Assembly (NCBI GenBank): GCA_030610155.1
Contig: JAUWSG010000003.1
Coordinates: 1-54,934, forward strand
Direction of reading: 5' to 3'
DNA: 54,934 bases
Source of the DNA: Gammaproteobacteria bacterium
GTDB lineage: Bacteria > Pseudomonadota > Gammaproteobacteria > SG8-11
The notes beneath the pieces are model-generated. The model saw nothing but the letters and a program-made list of their open reading frames with translations. It had not been told where the DNA came from and did no database searches. The stretch's first letter is position 1. Every line of letters starts with the position of its first letter. Positions 23,134-33,512 of this stretch are shown here, one piece after another. A program made the translations under genes and the position numbers.

Positions 23134-24585
23134 CTACGCCTTTACCGGTTCGGCGCTGATGCGCGGTTCAGTACCTGCCTGGCGAATCGTCATGATCACG
23201 TTATAGAGCATGACCAGGCCACCGAGCGAATAGATGAAGCCACCAACAAAACGCATGACGTAATATGGGTGCATCGCGGCAACTGACTCGGCAAATGTGT
23301 ATGTCAACGCGCCAAACTCATCATAGTCGCGCCACATCAAGGCCTGCATAATGCCCGATATCCACATGGCAACGATGTAAATGACGATGCCAATCGTGGC
23401 CATCCAGAAATGCATATTAACCAGCTTGACGGAATACATTTCTGTTTTCCACAAGCGGGTCACCAGATGATACAGCGCGCCTGCCGCGACCATCCCGACC
23501 CAGCCCAGCGCGCCTGAATGAACATGGCCAATGGTCCAGTCGGTATAATGGGACAGTGCATTGACGACTCTAATCGACATGATCGGGCCTTCGAAGGTCG
23601 ACATGGCGTAGAAGGCCAGCGATATGATGAGGAAGCGCAAGACATAGTCGGTACGTAATTTGTCCCAGGCGCCACTTAAGGTGAGCATGCCATTTACCGC
23701 ACCACCCCAGGAAGGCACGATCATCGCGATCGAAATGGCGGCACCCAGTGAGCCGGCCCAGTCAGGTAAGGCGGTGTAGTGCAAATGATGCGAACCGAGC
23801 CAGACATAACCGAACATCAGGGACCAGAAATGCAATACTGACAGTCGATATGAAAAAATAGGCCGGTCTGCCTGTTTGGGAACAAAATAGTACATGATAC
23901 CGAGGAAACCCGCCGTGAGATAAAAGCCCACCGCATTGTGGCCCCACCACCATTGAATCATCGCATCCTGCACGCTGGAGAAGATGGAATAAGATTTAAA
24001 AAGCTCAACCGGGATGGCCAGACTGTTGACAACATGCAGGTAGGTAATCATGACCATCATGCCCAGAAAGAACCAGTTAGACACATAGATATGGGAACTT
24101 TTGCGAGTGGCAATCGTCATGATGAAATTAAAGGTGTAGCTTATCCATACAATGGCGATCAGTATGTCGATGGGCCATTCCAGCTCGGCATATTCTTTGC
24201 CCTGGGTGAAACCTAATGGCAGGGTAATGACCGCAAGGACAATGATCAGGTTCCAGCCCCAGAAGGTAAACCATGCCATCTTGTCGCTCCAGAGCCTCAC
24301 ACCGCATGTTCGTTGCACACTATAGAAAGCGGTGGCCATTAAAACACAGCCACCAAAGGCAAAAATCACAGCATTGGTATGTAGTGGTCGTATGCGACCA
24401 AAGCTCAGATACGGGCTATCAAAATTAAGGGCGGGCCAGGCCAGTTCGGCCGCGGCATAAGCGCCGACAAAGGTGCCGACCACCAGGTAGATAACGGAAG
24501 CGACGGAAAACCATCTGACTATTTCGAAATTATACTTTTGTTCCAGATCTGTGCTGGCCACAGTCATTCCCTCCCGAAAGTTCAT
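23134..24585 (-). CDS. ccoN: cbb3 oxidase catalytic subunit I
   Basis: [36 protein letters not shown]; start at 24585 or 24567. Confidence 0.98.
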   Translation of the reverse strand: MNFREGMTVASTDLEQKYNFEIVRWFSVASVIYLVVGTFVGAYAAAELAWPALNFDSPYLSFGRIRPLHTNAVIFAFGGCVLMATAFYSVQRTCGVRLWSDKMAWFTFWGWNLIIVLAVITLPLGFTQGKEYAELEWPIDILIAIVWISYTFNFIMTIATRKSSHIYVSNWFFLGMMVMITYLHVVNSLAIPVELFKSYSIFSSVQDAMIQWWWGHNAVGFYLTAGFLGIMYYFVPKQADRPIFSYRLSVLHFWSLMFGYVWLGSHHLHYTALPDWAGSLGAAISIAMIVPSWGGAVNGMLTLSGAWDKLRTDYVLRFLIISLAFYAMSTFEGPIMSIRVVNALSHYTDWTIGHVHSGALGWVGMVAAGALYHLVTRLWKTEMYSVKLVNMHFWMATIGIVIYIVAMWISGIMQALMWRDYDEFGALTYTFAESVAAMHPYYVMRFVGGFIYSLGGLVMLYNVIMTIRQAGTEPRISAEPVKA

Positions 24586-25052
24586 GTTGTTTAATTATTA
24601 AAAACTTATAATGAAAGACAGGCAAACATCAAACTACAATTAAAACCTAAATATGAGAATCCGCCTATATTCTTATATTGTCAATACTTCTACGGTATTT
24701 TTTAAAATAAAAAAATTCATTTTTGCGGCGGTTTGTTTATGGATTGAAAATTTATAATTAATGGCTGTACATATGATTTATTGGTATGCCGCATCATATA
24801 GGGTGGTCGCAATTTGTAAATTATAGTTGAGCAACAGTCATGGTTATTACAGGACTGCATAAACTCAGGTCCGGGATCCCGGAAATAAAAAGATCTTCTA
24901 ATAATTATAGTCCAGATCTATTTATATAAAGATCATGCGTTATTTTTATGACCTTTTTTATTTTTTATATAGTAATAAAAGTAGGGTTTATCAAGCAGGC
25001 TGTGTAGCGTTTTACCAGGTGGGTGGGTGATCAGGTGCAGGCGTATAAATCT

Positions 25053-25745
25053 TTATGTGCCGATGGGAATAACACTGAATTCGTGGATGTTTTCCTTGCT
25101 TCTTAATGTTTCAGCCAGTTCGCTGAATTTTGTTGCATCTTTAGTGCTAATTGTCATTTTGTATTCAAACATTTTTCCGTCAGAGTTCAGCGTAAAGCTG
25201 GGTGGAAAAGATTTAATAGCATGTTCTTCTATTATTTTTTTTATCTGGTTCTCATTTAAATAATTCTCTCTGGGCATGCGAACAGTCAGCTTGCCATAAC
25301 TGATATTAGGCATGATAGATTCGATTCTATGGAACACAGCCAGTGTGCCCAGTGTGATCACTCCGGCAATCGCGGCAGCGAAGAAAAATCCCATGCCGAC
25401 GGCTATGCCAATCGATGCGGTCATCCAGATTGACGCAGCTGTTGTCAAACCTCTGACCGCGAGTTGTTCTTTCATGATGACGCCGGCACCCAGAAAGCCA
25501 ATGCCGGTCATAATGCCCTGGGCCATTCTGGTCGGATCAATGCGGATTGTATCGATAGGCACATCCGGAATGAGTTTCCACTGGAATACAGTGAACAACA
25601 TCAACAGGCTTGAAGAGAGGCAGACCAGGGAGTGTGTTCGAAATCCGGCAGGCCGGCCATGATATGTCCTTTCCAGGCCAATAATGCCACCAATAAGTAA
25701 CGCCAGTAATAAACGAGTGATGATTGTTATTTGATCGGCGTCCAT
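25053..25745 (-). CDS. MgtC/SapB family protein
   Basis: IGLER...AGFRTH, DPTRMAQGIMTGIGFLGAG, GLTTAASIW; C-terminal ACT-like region. Confidence 0.92.
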   Translation of the reverse strand: MDADQITIITRLLLALLIGGIIGLERTYHGRPAGFRTHSLVCLSSSLLMLFTVFQWKLIPDVPIDTIRIDPTRMAQGIMTGIGFLGAGVIMKEQLAVRGLTTAASIWMTASIGIAVGMGFFFAAAIAGVITLGTLAVFHRIESIMPNISYGKLTVRMPRENYLNENQIKKIIEEHAIKSFPPSFTLNSDGKMFEYKMTISTKDATKFSELAETLRSKENIHEFSVIPIGT

Positions 25746-25885
25746 TTATTGTCCCTGGTTGTATTTATGATTATTTTTGATTTTATCTCGTAGCTTAAAA
25801 ACACTATAAAATCAGAGGTGTCCTTTAATATTACGGCGAAAAAATACAAGACTTTAAAAGGGAAGCAGAAAAGCAGTTAAATCAT

Positions 25886-25917
25886 TGTAGCGAGAACAAA
25901 TGTAGCGAGAACAAATG
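25886..25917. repeat. Tandem duplication TGTAGCGAGAACAAA x2 (15 bp)
   Basis: Read directly. Confidence 0.9.
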
Positions 25918-25970
25918 CGGTGCCATATGAGAACGCGCTGTCAACAGGACTACACCGGAACGTAAAATAT

Positions 25971-26008
25971 AACCAGCCACTTTATATTTAAAGAAAAAGC
26001 GGCTGGTT
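25971..26008 (-). terminator. Stem-loop downstream of the HPF-CSD gene, possible terminator
   Basis: AACCAGCC(A)CTTT...AAAGCGGCTGGTT inverted repeat. Confidence 0.55.
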
Positions 26009-26019
26009 GAATAACGGGG

Positions 26020-26550
26020 TTAAATAGCGGTAATACTACTTGCCTGTGGGCCTTCATCACCTGTTTCTTCAACGTATTTAACAGGTGTCCCCACTTTGAG
26101 TTTGTCGAAACGATTATTTAAAACACTGTTCTGGTGGAAATAAATTTCCCTGCCTTCATGTGTCACAATAAAGCCATAGCCTTCGTTTGGTTTGAGATCC
26201 TGAATAATGGCATGGGTGGGAAAGTCATGCAGCTTTACTTCGCCACGTTGCTTGCGGGTGTAGTTTTTTAATTGACGTTTTGCGGCATCGAATGCATCCC
26301 GAATAGAAATGTACAAGTCTTCTCGCGGCTCCCTTTTGACGATGATTTCTGTGTTCGGTACTTTAATGTTTATATTAATATTGAATGTGTTGCCTTTGTG
26401 GTGATGCCGGGTTGGGGAACAGACGACGACCCGACAATTGATAATACGATCACTGAATGTTGCGAGTTTTTCTGCTTTTTCTCTTATTGTTGTTTCAATT
26501 GCTTTTGTTAATGTGATATCACGTGAAGTTATTAGTAAAGGAAATTTCAT
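26020..26550 (-). CDS. HPF/RaiA ribosome-associated domain fused to a cold-shock domain
   Basis: EDLYISIRDAFDAAKRQL (S30AE fold), then GYGFI, IYFHQNSV, GPQAS (CSD); ATG 26550 has RBS GAGGT. Confidence 0.9.
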   Translation of the reverse strand: MKFPLLITSRDITLTKAIETTIREKAEKLATFSDRIINCRVVVCSPTRHHHKGNTFNININIKVPNTEIIVKREPREDLYISIRDAFDAAKRQLKNYTRKQRGEVKLHDFPTHAIIQDLKPNEGYGFIVTHEGREIYFHQNSVLNNRFDKLKVGTPVKYVEETGDEGPQASSITAI

Positions 26551-27034
26551 GTATCGCACCTCAACTTATTTTTGCAAGATGAAAAAGGGGAGAGGAACTG
26601 CCAGATACAACCATAAATGTATCACCTCCGATTGAGCGTTACGGGACAGGCTACAATTACAAGGGTTAATTCGTGTCTCCGGAATGGAATGCTTGAGTTG
26701 ATTGCTCGTATTATCCGGGGCAGACATTATTTTTATGTAGCTTCCATAACTAGATTACCATAATAATGTTCATCGGCAAGTTGTATATTTGTCTTCTAAT
26801 ATTATTATATTGTTTATAAAAATATTTATAAGGTATAAGGGACCGTTATTAACGACAGTACTTGACCAGTAAGCTGGCCTTTTTTAAAAAAAGGGAATGT
26901 GTTTGACTGAGTCTGAAATGGCGATGAGAATACTGCGTTAATTTAAAATAGATCTACTAATGCAGATGCCCGGGATTGGGCAGAAGGAAGATGATTGCCT
27001 GTTTGCTTATTCGACATTAAGAAATTCAAAAATG

Positions 27035-27541
27035 CTATATCAATGGAAAGATGTTATTGAAATGCAAAATGTGAATTTCATAGAAAATCAAGACGATATA
27101 AATCATCAGTAAACCAGAGAGAATATGGGAGACTGTAAATCGATGATGAAATACTTTGAAATTACGATGTGCGACCAGGAAAATCAGGCTGCCTGCGGTC
27201 ATTAAATATTTACCGAGAATAAACACGAAGACACTCTCATTGATTAACATCTCCATCACTACATTCAGTTCTTCCCCGCCACTGGCAATGATTTTGAGCG
27301 TCATATATGAATCTGCCAGACAAAGGATCAGGATGCCCAGAATCGTCAGTAGTAATTTTGGTTCATACCAGTCGATGTAATAGCCGCCACTTGTATGGTC
27401 GTCGGCTCGTCTGGCATGACGTCGGCCGCCACTGTGACTATGTCGGCTAAGGGGGGAAGTTGAGCGATTGCGTCGATCAGAGTCTGAACGACGGTCAATC
27501 ATTCCAAATGAATTTGCGGTTTGTTGCTGTACGTCAGGCAT
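27035..27541 (-). CDS. DUF5658-like membrane protein with Arg-rich N-terminus
   Basis: DRR..DRR, YYIDWY, LADSYMTL, GGEELN.VM, TM helices. Confidence 0.75.
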   Translation of the reverse strand: MPDVQQQTANSFGMIDRRSDSDRRNRSTSPLSRHSHSGGRRHARRADDHTSGGYYIDWYEPKLLLTILGILILCLADSYMTLKIIASGGEELNVVMEMLINESVFVFILGKYLMTAGSLIFLVAHRNFKVFHHRFTVSHILSGLLMIYIVLIFYEIHILHFNNIFPLI

Positions 27542-27707
27542 GATTATTATTAATATCCGCTATTTGTTTGAATTATAACCACTTTCTTGACTGAAAGTAT
27601 TATGTTAAGCGCACAGTGTATAAATATTTATGTTAAATTTCCATTAAAATATGCGCTATTGCGGTAAATCAATACTAATCATAAGATAAAGGCCAGTTAT
27701 GTCTGTT

Positions 27708-28334
27708 TTATATCCACTTCCCCTTCAATATTTGTGTCAATTGATTCCATAAGTTGTTGTTATTTTCGAAAATGGATGCCTTGTCAGCCTCAGCGATCAA
27801 CCAGTCACCCCGGGCAAGTTCGGCATCCAGCTGGCCGGGCGCCCAGCCAGCGTAACCTGCATAGGCGCGAATAACGTCATTTGACTGCGCTTTTTCCAAA
27901 ACGGGTATGAGGTTTTTTTGACCGCCACCCAGATGGATGCCCTCAATGACCGGCAAAGTGTTTTTAGAATCTGACTTATTCATTAGATAGACAAAGGAAG
28001 AGGCGTGAACGGGCCCGCCGAGAAATACCTTGTCATGTATCCTGGCTGATTTGATCGTTGGAAAAACATCCTGAATGGTAAATCTGGATGGCCGGTTGAT
28101 GACCACACCAAATGCCCCATATTTACTGTATTTCGTGACCAGAATGACAGTTTTTTCAAAGCTCGAGCCGGCCAGGTGATCCGATGCAACCAGAAAAACA
28201 CCTTGTTTCAGTGTTTGATTGGCTGGCGATGCGGCAAGTGAAGCAGGGATGGCAAGGCATAAAAGCACCAGAATAATTGCCTGGTTAATACGACCAGGTT
28301 TGAACTTCTGTCTTGTCGGTATGTTAAAAATCAT
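27708..28334 (-). CDS. YqgE/AlgH (DUF179) family protein with predicted signal peptide
   Basis: FEKTVIL, GVVINRP, FLGGPV, YAGYAGWAPGQLDAELARGDW. Confidence 0.88.
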   Translation of the reverse strand: MIFNIPTRQKFKPGRINQAIILVLLCLAIPASLAASPANQTLKQGVFLVASDHLAGSSFEKTVILVTKYSKYGAFGVVINRPSRFTIQDVFPTIKSARIHDKVFLGGPVHASSFVYLMNKSDSKNTLPVIEGIHLGGGQKNLIPVLEKAQSNDVIRAYAGYAGWAPGQLDAELARGDWLIAEADKASIFENNNNLWNQLTQILKGKWI

Positions 28335-28670
28335 GAATTGATATCCGGACTAGCCATTTTTTTGACGGCAGCGTGAATCTCGGCCGGGCAAACGTATTTA
28401 TATTGAAGCAAGAGAGCCTGTTTAAATTCTAGCAGACATTTTATGCCCGCTTTACTTCTATCGCCCTGGGCATGACTCCCACGTAATCTAAGAATAAATA
28501 GCTGATATAACAGTAGGTTACATTTATCCGGGTTATCTGGACCGTCTTCTCCAGGTGTAAGACTCTGCATGGCATAAAATTCGCAAGGAATTGGGTGCAG
28601 TTTACGCATGGGGTTGATGCGAATAAATTAATCAAGACACATTATCTTATGGGAGATATGGGAGGAGTAT

Positions 28671-29039
28671 ATGTTTGCTGAATCAAGGGGCGTTGCCAGA
28701 CAGAATATTCAACTTGAGGAAATCTCAGGTGGTTTTGAGCTGGACGCAGGGAATAAGCATTTCGATGACACGTTTGTAAATGATGTTTCTGTATCAGGCG
28801 CCGGTATTGAGTTATCGACACCACTCGAGGTGGGGTCCTCTATCGATCTGACCTTCAAGGCTGGTGACTGGAATATTAGCGTTCAGGGCAAAGTTATGTG
28901 GTGTAGCCTGGATGCAAAATCATCCGACACATTAGAATTAGAAAATTATCGTGTAGGGGTTAAATTTAATCCGAAAAATGCCAATAACAACGTGATATTT
29001 TTTATGGCTTCAAGATCAATGGTCAGACCGGCCAACTAA
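28671..29039 (+). CDS. Single-domain PilZ protein
   Basis: RGVAR (RxxxR), DVSVSG (DxSxxG), GKVMW, YRVGVKF; RBS GGAGG. Confidence 0.85.
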   Translation: MFAESRGVARQNIQLEEISGGFELDAGNKHFDDTFVNDVSVSGAGIELSTPLEVGSSIDLTFKAGDWNISVQGKVMWCSLDAKSSDTLELENYRVGVKFNPKNANNNVIFFMASRSMVRPAN

Positions 29040-29095
29040 AGTACGTTGCTACCATTGTCTGCGACACGAGAAATACGCAGTATTCACATTACGGG

Positions 29096-29557
29096 TCAGG
29101 GCATGATGCGATAGCGAATGCCCAGCATGATATCAAGCTCGAAATCCGTTTCGGGTGCAACATCGATGCGTGGCCCTAATTCCCCAAAAAAATCGATGGG
29201 TGCAGTTTCCATTAAATAGCTGATGCCCAGAGGGATGCGCAAACCCGTTTTTGTACTCGAGCCTTTCTTGGATTCAACCCGGATACCGACGCCGTAATAA
29301 AAGGGTAATGAGCCGGGCTCCACTTCAAAAGCTTTGAAATCATGTGTCAGGTAATCTGCCTGGAAGGTATATTTACTGCTGCTGGTAGACCATTCGGCAA
29401 AAAGATCGATGGCATGTGTATCGGATGTCCAGTATTTAATCGTGACACCGGAATCACTGCCGGTTGCAATCCCGAACGAAAATTCATTATCTAACGCCAT
29501 AGCCGTATTGCACGACAGTGCCAGCCCTAGAGTTATCATTATTATGATTGAGCGCAT
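29096..29557 (-). CDS. Small outer-membrane beta-barrel-like protein
   Basis: Signal peptide, amphipathic strands (FYYGVG, GLRIPLGISY, DFFGELGP, LGIRY). Confidence 0.75.
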   Translation of the reverse strand: MRSIIIMITLGLALSCNTAMALDNEFSFGIATGSDSGVTIKYWTSDTHAIDLFAEWSTSSSKYTFQADYLTHDFKAFEVEPGSLPFYYGVGIRVESKKGSSTKTGLRIPLGISYLMETAPIDFFGELGPRIDVAPETDFELDIMLGIRYRIMP

Positions 29558-29763
29558 TTTTCAACCTGATCCCATATAAGTACAAATAACTAAAGTGCGG
29601 CATTTTACGGTATAGTTTTTGGTACATAAAGCTAATATTAATTTAATTTATTTGTCATAATATCGCTGACAGAGTTTTGGCCTGAGTTGGCGACGAATAC
29701 CGGCGTTGATGGGTAGAGGCAACGTCATTTTTACAAATTTACTTATAGAGGAGAGAGTTAATA

Positions 29764-30663
29764 TTGTTAATTATGATAAAAACAATTATGGGCAAGCAAT
29801 GGGTATCGTCTGGAGCTGATCGGCTAATCAGGCAAAACCGATTATTAATGACGCGCTTTGCCTGTCGTGGCTTGTTATTTGCGGCGTTATTTTTCGCCGT
29901 CAACGCCAGTGTGGTGGCAGAAGCTCAGCAGGCTGATATACAGAAAGTCACACTTTCGATACTGAACGATTTGGGTATTGCTGATCTGGTGAATAATATT
30001 CCGAAAACAATGCAGGACGGCCTGGTTCAAAAGCAGCAAGAGCAGGGCATCAAGCGCAGTGATTACAACAAGAAGATAAGCCGTGCAGTGGAGACGTATT
30101 TTGCACGCGACAAAATTTTAGATTTTATATCCACCGATCTGCAGTCCCAGTTCAAGGTGAGTCGTTTGATGACAATCAGGCGCCTGCTGGATTCACCCGC
30201 CTCCAGCGAATTGATTAAGCTGAAAATCAAGGCCAGGTCGCCACAAGGTATTGAAGCTATCAGGGAGTTGGCGGTGCTGCATGAAGATAGCAATCTCGAA
30301 AAAGAACGTTTGAGTTTATATGAAGCATTCGATAATGCCACGGCGGACACCGAGTTTTATATCGCCACACAGGCCTTGTCGATTGATTCTATTTACAGAA
30401 TTAATAATGCGATTAATAAACAGCAAGCTGCTCCGGGTACTGATTTGCTCGGTTCGACTTATGGATTATTATTGCGGCCCAGTAAATACACGACGATGAT
30501 GACGTATCAATATATGTTTGCAAACAGCAGCCTCGAGAAAATAAAACAATACACGCTTATATACCGGCAAAAACAAATGCAGGTGTTGTTGGGGCGCATC
30601 ATGACCGGTTTGTCTGCTGCCATGCAGGATGCTAGCGAGAAGGCGATAAAGGACATTAACTAA
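29764..30663 (+). CDS. Hypothetical exported alpha-helical protein (DUF2059-like, tentative)
   Basis: Long ORF; signal-like segment after Met at 29848 (likely true start). Confidence 0.65.
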   Translation: MLIMIKTIMGKQWVSSGADRLIRQNRLLMTRFACRGLLFAALFFAVNASVVAEAQQADIQKVTLSILNDLGIADLVNNIPKTMQDGLVQKQQEQGIKRSDYNKKISRAVETYFARDKILDFISTDLQSQFKVSRLMTIRRLLDSPASSELIKLKIKARSPQGIEAIRELAVLHEDSNLEKERLSLYEAFDNATADTEFYIATQALSIDSIYRINNAINKQQAAPGTDLLGSTYGLLLRPSKYTTMMTYQYMFANSSLEKIKQYTLIYRQKQMQVLLGRIMTGLSAAMQDASEKAIKDIN

Positions 30664-30695
30664 ACGGATGCAACAGTATCTGAAAGAAGAATCAA

Positions 30696-30771
30696 TTTTA
30701 CCACGGAGCTCACGGAGAAAAGAAAGAACTTAGACAAGAAAAGGTTTTTCTCCGTGACCTCCGTGGTAAAA
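30696..30771. repeat. Palindromic element TTTTACCACGGAGCTCACGGAGAAAA...TTTTCTCCGTGACCTCCGTGGTAAAA
   Basis: 26-bp arms with one mismatch, between convergent genes; same architecture as the 10977 element. Confidence 0.85.
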
Positions 30772-30853
30772 CTGATCTTGAACTAATAATAGGGAGTTAT
30801 GCGTATTTACGATTAAATTATTGCATCCAGTTTATTATCAGCAGGATAGACTG

Positions 30854-31708
30854 TTAGTACTTGAAGACACCATAAATTTGAATACCATCGTATGACCATC
30901 CTATAGAATTGGCTAGCAGTACACCGGTTATATCAACGTTCAGGTCCACATATTCGAGAGATGCCCCCAGTCCCCAGTTGCGATTGAAGTAATATTCCGT
31001 ACCGATATCGACAGTGAATATTTCACCTTCTATGTTATCGACAGTCACGGTCAAATAACGAAATGCAGCTCGTGTTCGCCATGAAGGTGTTATTGCATAA
31101 TCGGCACTGATGCCGAATAATGGCAAGGGTGCCTGCAGTTTTTGTTTGGACTCAAAATCTGATTTAAAAACCGGTGTGTCATCACCTTCGGCTTGTATCT
31201 CGCCGGCAGCCAGTATCGTGCTGTCGGTACTCAGCCAGTACAATCCGGCTGATAAGCCCACTTCAAGATTTGGTTTTTTATAGACGCTGTAAATATAACT
31301 GATATCAAAGATATTATTGTTGGCTTCTGATGCCATCACAGCGCCTGCTTTGATAGTGGTATTGTCAACAATGATATCTTTATCTATCTGTCTGAATGCT
31401 GTTCTACGTATCGGTATATAAGTTAATTTCAGCCGATGATTATCACCGACTCTGTACGAACCACTGATCCAGGCGGTTCTGACATCAGAATCAAAACCGG
31501 CATCATCTTCAAAGTCAATTTCTTCATCGATCGAGCCATCCTGGGAATTGATCGTAATATGTGAATTAAAGCGCGTGAGGGTAGTCCCGATCGATAGTTT
31601 ATAAATTTCATCGAAAGCGGCCTGAGCAGGCAGGATAATAGCAAGCCAGGCTAAACTGCCTGCCAGGAATTGTATTACGCATTTTTTGTTACGTGTATCA
31701 GAATGCAT
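30854..31708 (-). CDS. Outer-membrane beta-barrel protein
   Basis: Signal peptide (AQA), amphipathic strands, APLPLFG, terminal YGVFKY. Confidence 0.8.
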   Translation of the reverse strand: MHSDTRNKKCVIQFLAGSLAWLAIILPAQAAFDEIYKLSIGTTLTRFNSHITINSQDGSIDEEIDFEDDAGFDSDVRTAWISGSYRVGDNHRLKLTYIPIRRTAFRQIDKDIIVDNTTIKAGAVMASEANNNIFDISYIYSVYKKPNLEVGLSAGLYWLSTDSTILAAGEIQAEGDDTPVFKSDFESKQKLQAPLPLFGISADYAITPSWRTRAAFRYLTVTVDNIEGEIFTVDIGTEYYFNRNWGLGASLEYVDLNVDITGVLLANSIGWSYDGIQIYGVFKY

Positions 31709-32300
31709 AACCCAGTCCCAGGCTAACGCCGGTATTGCTTAAATCAAATGGGCGTGTTGTTTCACCTTTGAACAGATCAAGCTGGGTCATGTTGCTCAGT
31801 TCGAGTTGAAAACTAATTCGTTTGGTGAAGGAATGTGCCCATGCAATAGCAATAAAATATCCTTGTCCGTCTGTTGTGTCAGAGCTGCTGCCAGATGGCA
31901 CGCCTGGTGAGAAAAACTCATCCACGGTTAGTTTACTTTTGTAAAGCAATAGCCCGGCGCGGCCATAGATTCTGTTGCGCTTGGAGAACTGGTAGTCTGA
32001 TCGCAATCCAAATGTAATACCCTCTGATTCGATCGTTGCCTGGTAAGTTCCCACCACGTCAGTGATGGGATCCGTGCTAATTTCTTCGCTAATAAACACA
32101 CCGGCTGTGGCGGCCAGCCATGACAAAAAATAATAATTGTAATTGACCGATAATGTTTTGCCGGTGTGAAAATCATCGGAACTGCCTGCATCCGGGACGG
32201 CAAAAAGCACATTCACATCAATTAGCATGTCTTTAGCATAGCCTGAAGTAGATACTGGCAGGCAGACAGCAATAAAAATGATCTTCAGAAAATTTCGCAT
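31698..32300 (-). CDS. OmpA-like 8-stranded outer-membrane beta-barrel
   Basis: Signal peptide, IYGRAG, C-terminal SLGLGYAF beta-signal. Confidence 0.8.
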   Translation of the reverse strand: MRNFLKIIFIAVCLPVSTSGYAKDMLIDVNVLFAVPDAGSSDDFHTGKTLSVNYNYYFLSWLAATAGVFISEEISTDPITDVVGTYQATIESEGITFGLRSDYQFSKRNRIYGRAGLLLYKSKLTVDEFFSPGVPSGSSSDTTDGQGYFIAIAWAHSFTKRISFQLELSNMTQLDLFKGETTRPFDLSNTGVSLGLGYAF

Positions 32301-32315
32301 TAAACAATCTGGTTT

Positions 32316-33269
32316 TTAATTGGGGTTGTAAGTAATGGTGACTTCTGCGCTTCGGCTACCAAAGATAGTGCCGTTAGTCGTTGCTGATGCAAAACTCCCG
32401 GGACGCTGACGGAACAAAAATAATCGTATTTCACATTCGCTGGTGATCGGGTTGACTGGCGCAATATTCGCCAGAAAGGTTTCATCTATCACGCCATTGC
32501 TCAGTTGTGACAGTAATGCTGCAAGCATTGCTCGTGCTTCGCCGATAATAAAGTCAATTTGTGGATCGCTGCTGGTAAAGTCATAAATAAACTGGTCGAG
32601 ACTGAGGCCTTCAGATCCGTCATCGGACTCGTCTGCAAGAGTGGCTACCGTACCATAGGTGCTGGTTTTGAAGCCGTCGTCGCAGGTGATTGCAGAGCGG
32701 ACTTTTATGATGTCGCCTGCAGGCAGGGGGTCCCAGTTGATATCAAAGATATCGTCGATACTGGTGAAAATGCCGCCCGGGGGTGTCGTAATCACCGGTT
32801 CTGGCGGCAGCTCTATGATGGCCGAACCACCCACCAGGTCGCCGGGTCCGGGATCGATATTGATGAGGTCAACGGGATACCAGCGATTCTGCCGGGCTTC
32901 GATGGGTTCATGAACGATGGTGAATTCAATCTGGTCAAGGTTCGCGCTTATAGGTAAATTTGCGGCGTAACTGCCGTTGAAAAATCCACGCTCCAGTAGC
33001 AAGATACTATCATTGACAGTACTCGCTTGAACAACATCACCGCCCACTAAATCAATCGGTTCTCCCTCCGAGAATATGGCGGTTGCCACCTGGGCGGTAT
33101 CTTCACCACTGTGTTGGTTGGCGCCTACCGCGGCAAACAGACCGGTAGGGGGAACACCGGGCACATTGTTATCGACTTCTACTTCACACGCAGTGAGACT
33201 ACCCGCGAGGAATACGCCTGCAATAAGGCGTGGTAGTAATCTGCTGATACTAATCGTGTTCATCATCAT
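32316..33269 (-). CDS. Acidic lipoprotein of unknown function
   Basis: Lipobox SLTAC; Asp/Glu-rich; two further Cys; co-oriented with two barrels. Confidence 0.78.
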   Translation of the reverse strand: MMMNTISISRLLPRLIAGVFLAGSLTACEVEVDNNVPGVPPTGLFAAVGANQHSGEDTAQVATAIFSEGEPIDLVGGDVVQASTVNDSILLLERGFFNGSYAANLPISANLDQIEFTIVHEPIEARQNRWYPVDLINIDPGPGDLVGGSAIIELPPEPVITTPPGGIFTSIDDIFDINWDPLPAGDIIKVRSAITCDDGFKTSTYGTVATLADESDDGSEGLSLDQFIYDFTSSDPQIDFIIGEARAMLAALLSQLSNGVIDETFLANIAPVNPITSECEIRLFLFRQRPGSFASATTNGTIFGSRSAEVTITYNPN

Positions 33270-33512
33270 ATTATCATCCGATAGCTTCTGAACGTCAAAA
33301 AATACTTTGTTAAGTTAAGTAGACAAACTGCTGACAAAAAACATTTGTGCTATTCAGGTTTTGGCCTTGAAATGAATGGCTTAATGTAGTGTCCATAGCC
33401 AGAATAGGCAGACCTATTATAGTTGATCTTGAAGAAGAATCGCTTGTCTTTATGCGCCAAAGAGTGTTCCACTAAACTGAAATTGCAGGCACCGTTAGCA
33501 TTGAAATGTCGA

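Noticed and set aside
24586-25050. FNR/Anr box upstream of ccoN
   Set aside because: No convincing TTGAT-N4-ATCAA found by eye
28570-28625. Possible c-di-GMP-I riboswitch upstream of the PilZ gene (GGCATAA-AATTC-GCAA-GGAATT)
   Set aside because: Lacks the conserved GCAAAG junction and P3 stem; would need an Infernal hit
28331-28635. Short minus-strand ORFs between yqgE and pilZ
   Set aside because: No RBS or recognisable domain; likely intergenic regulatory DNA
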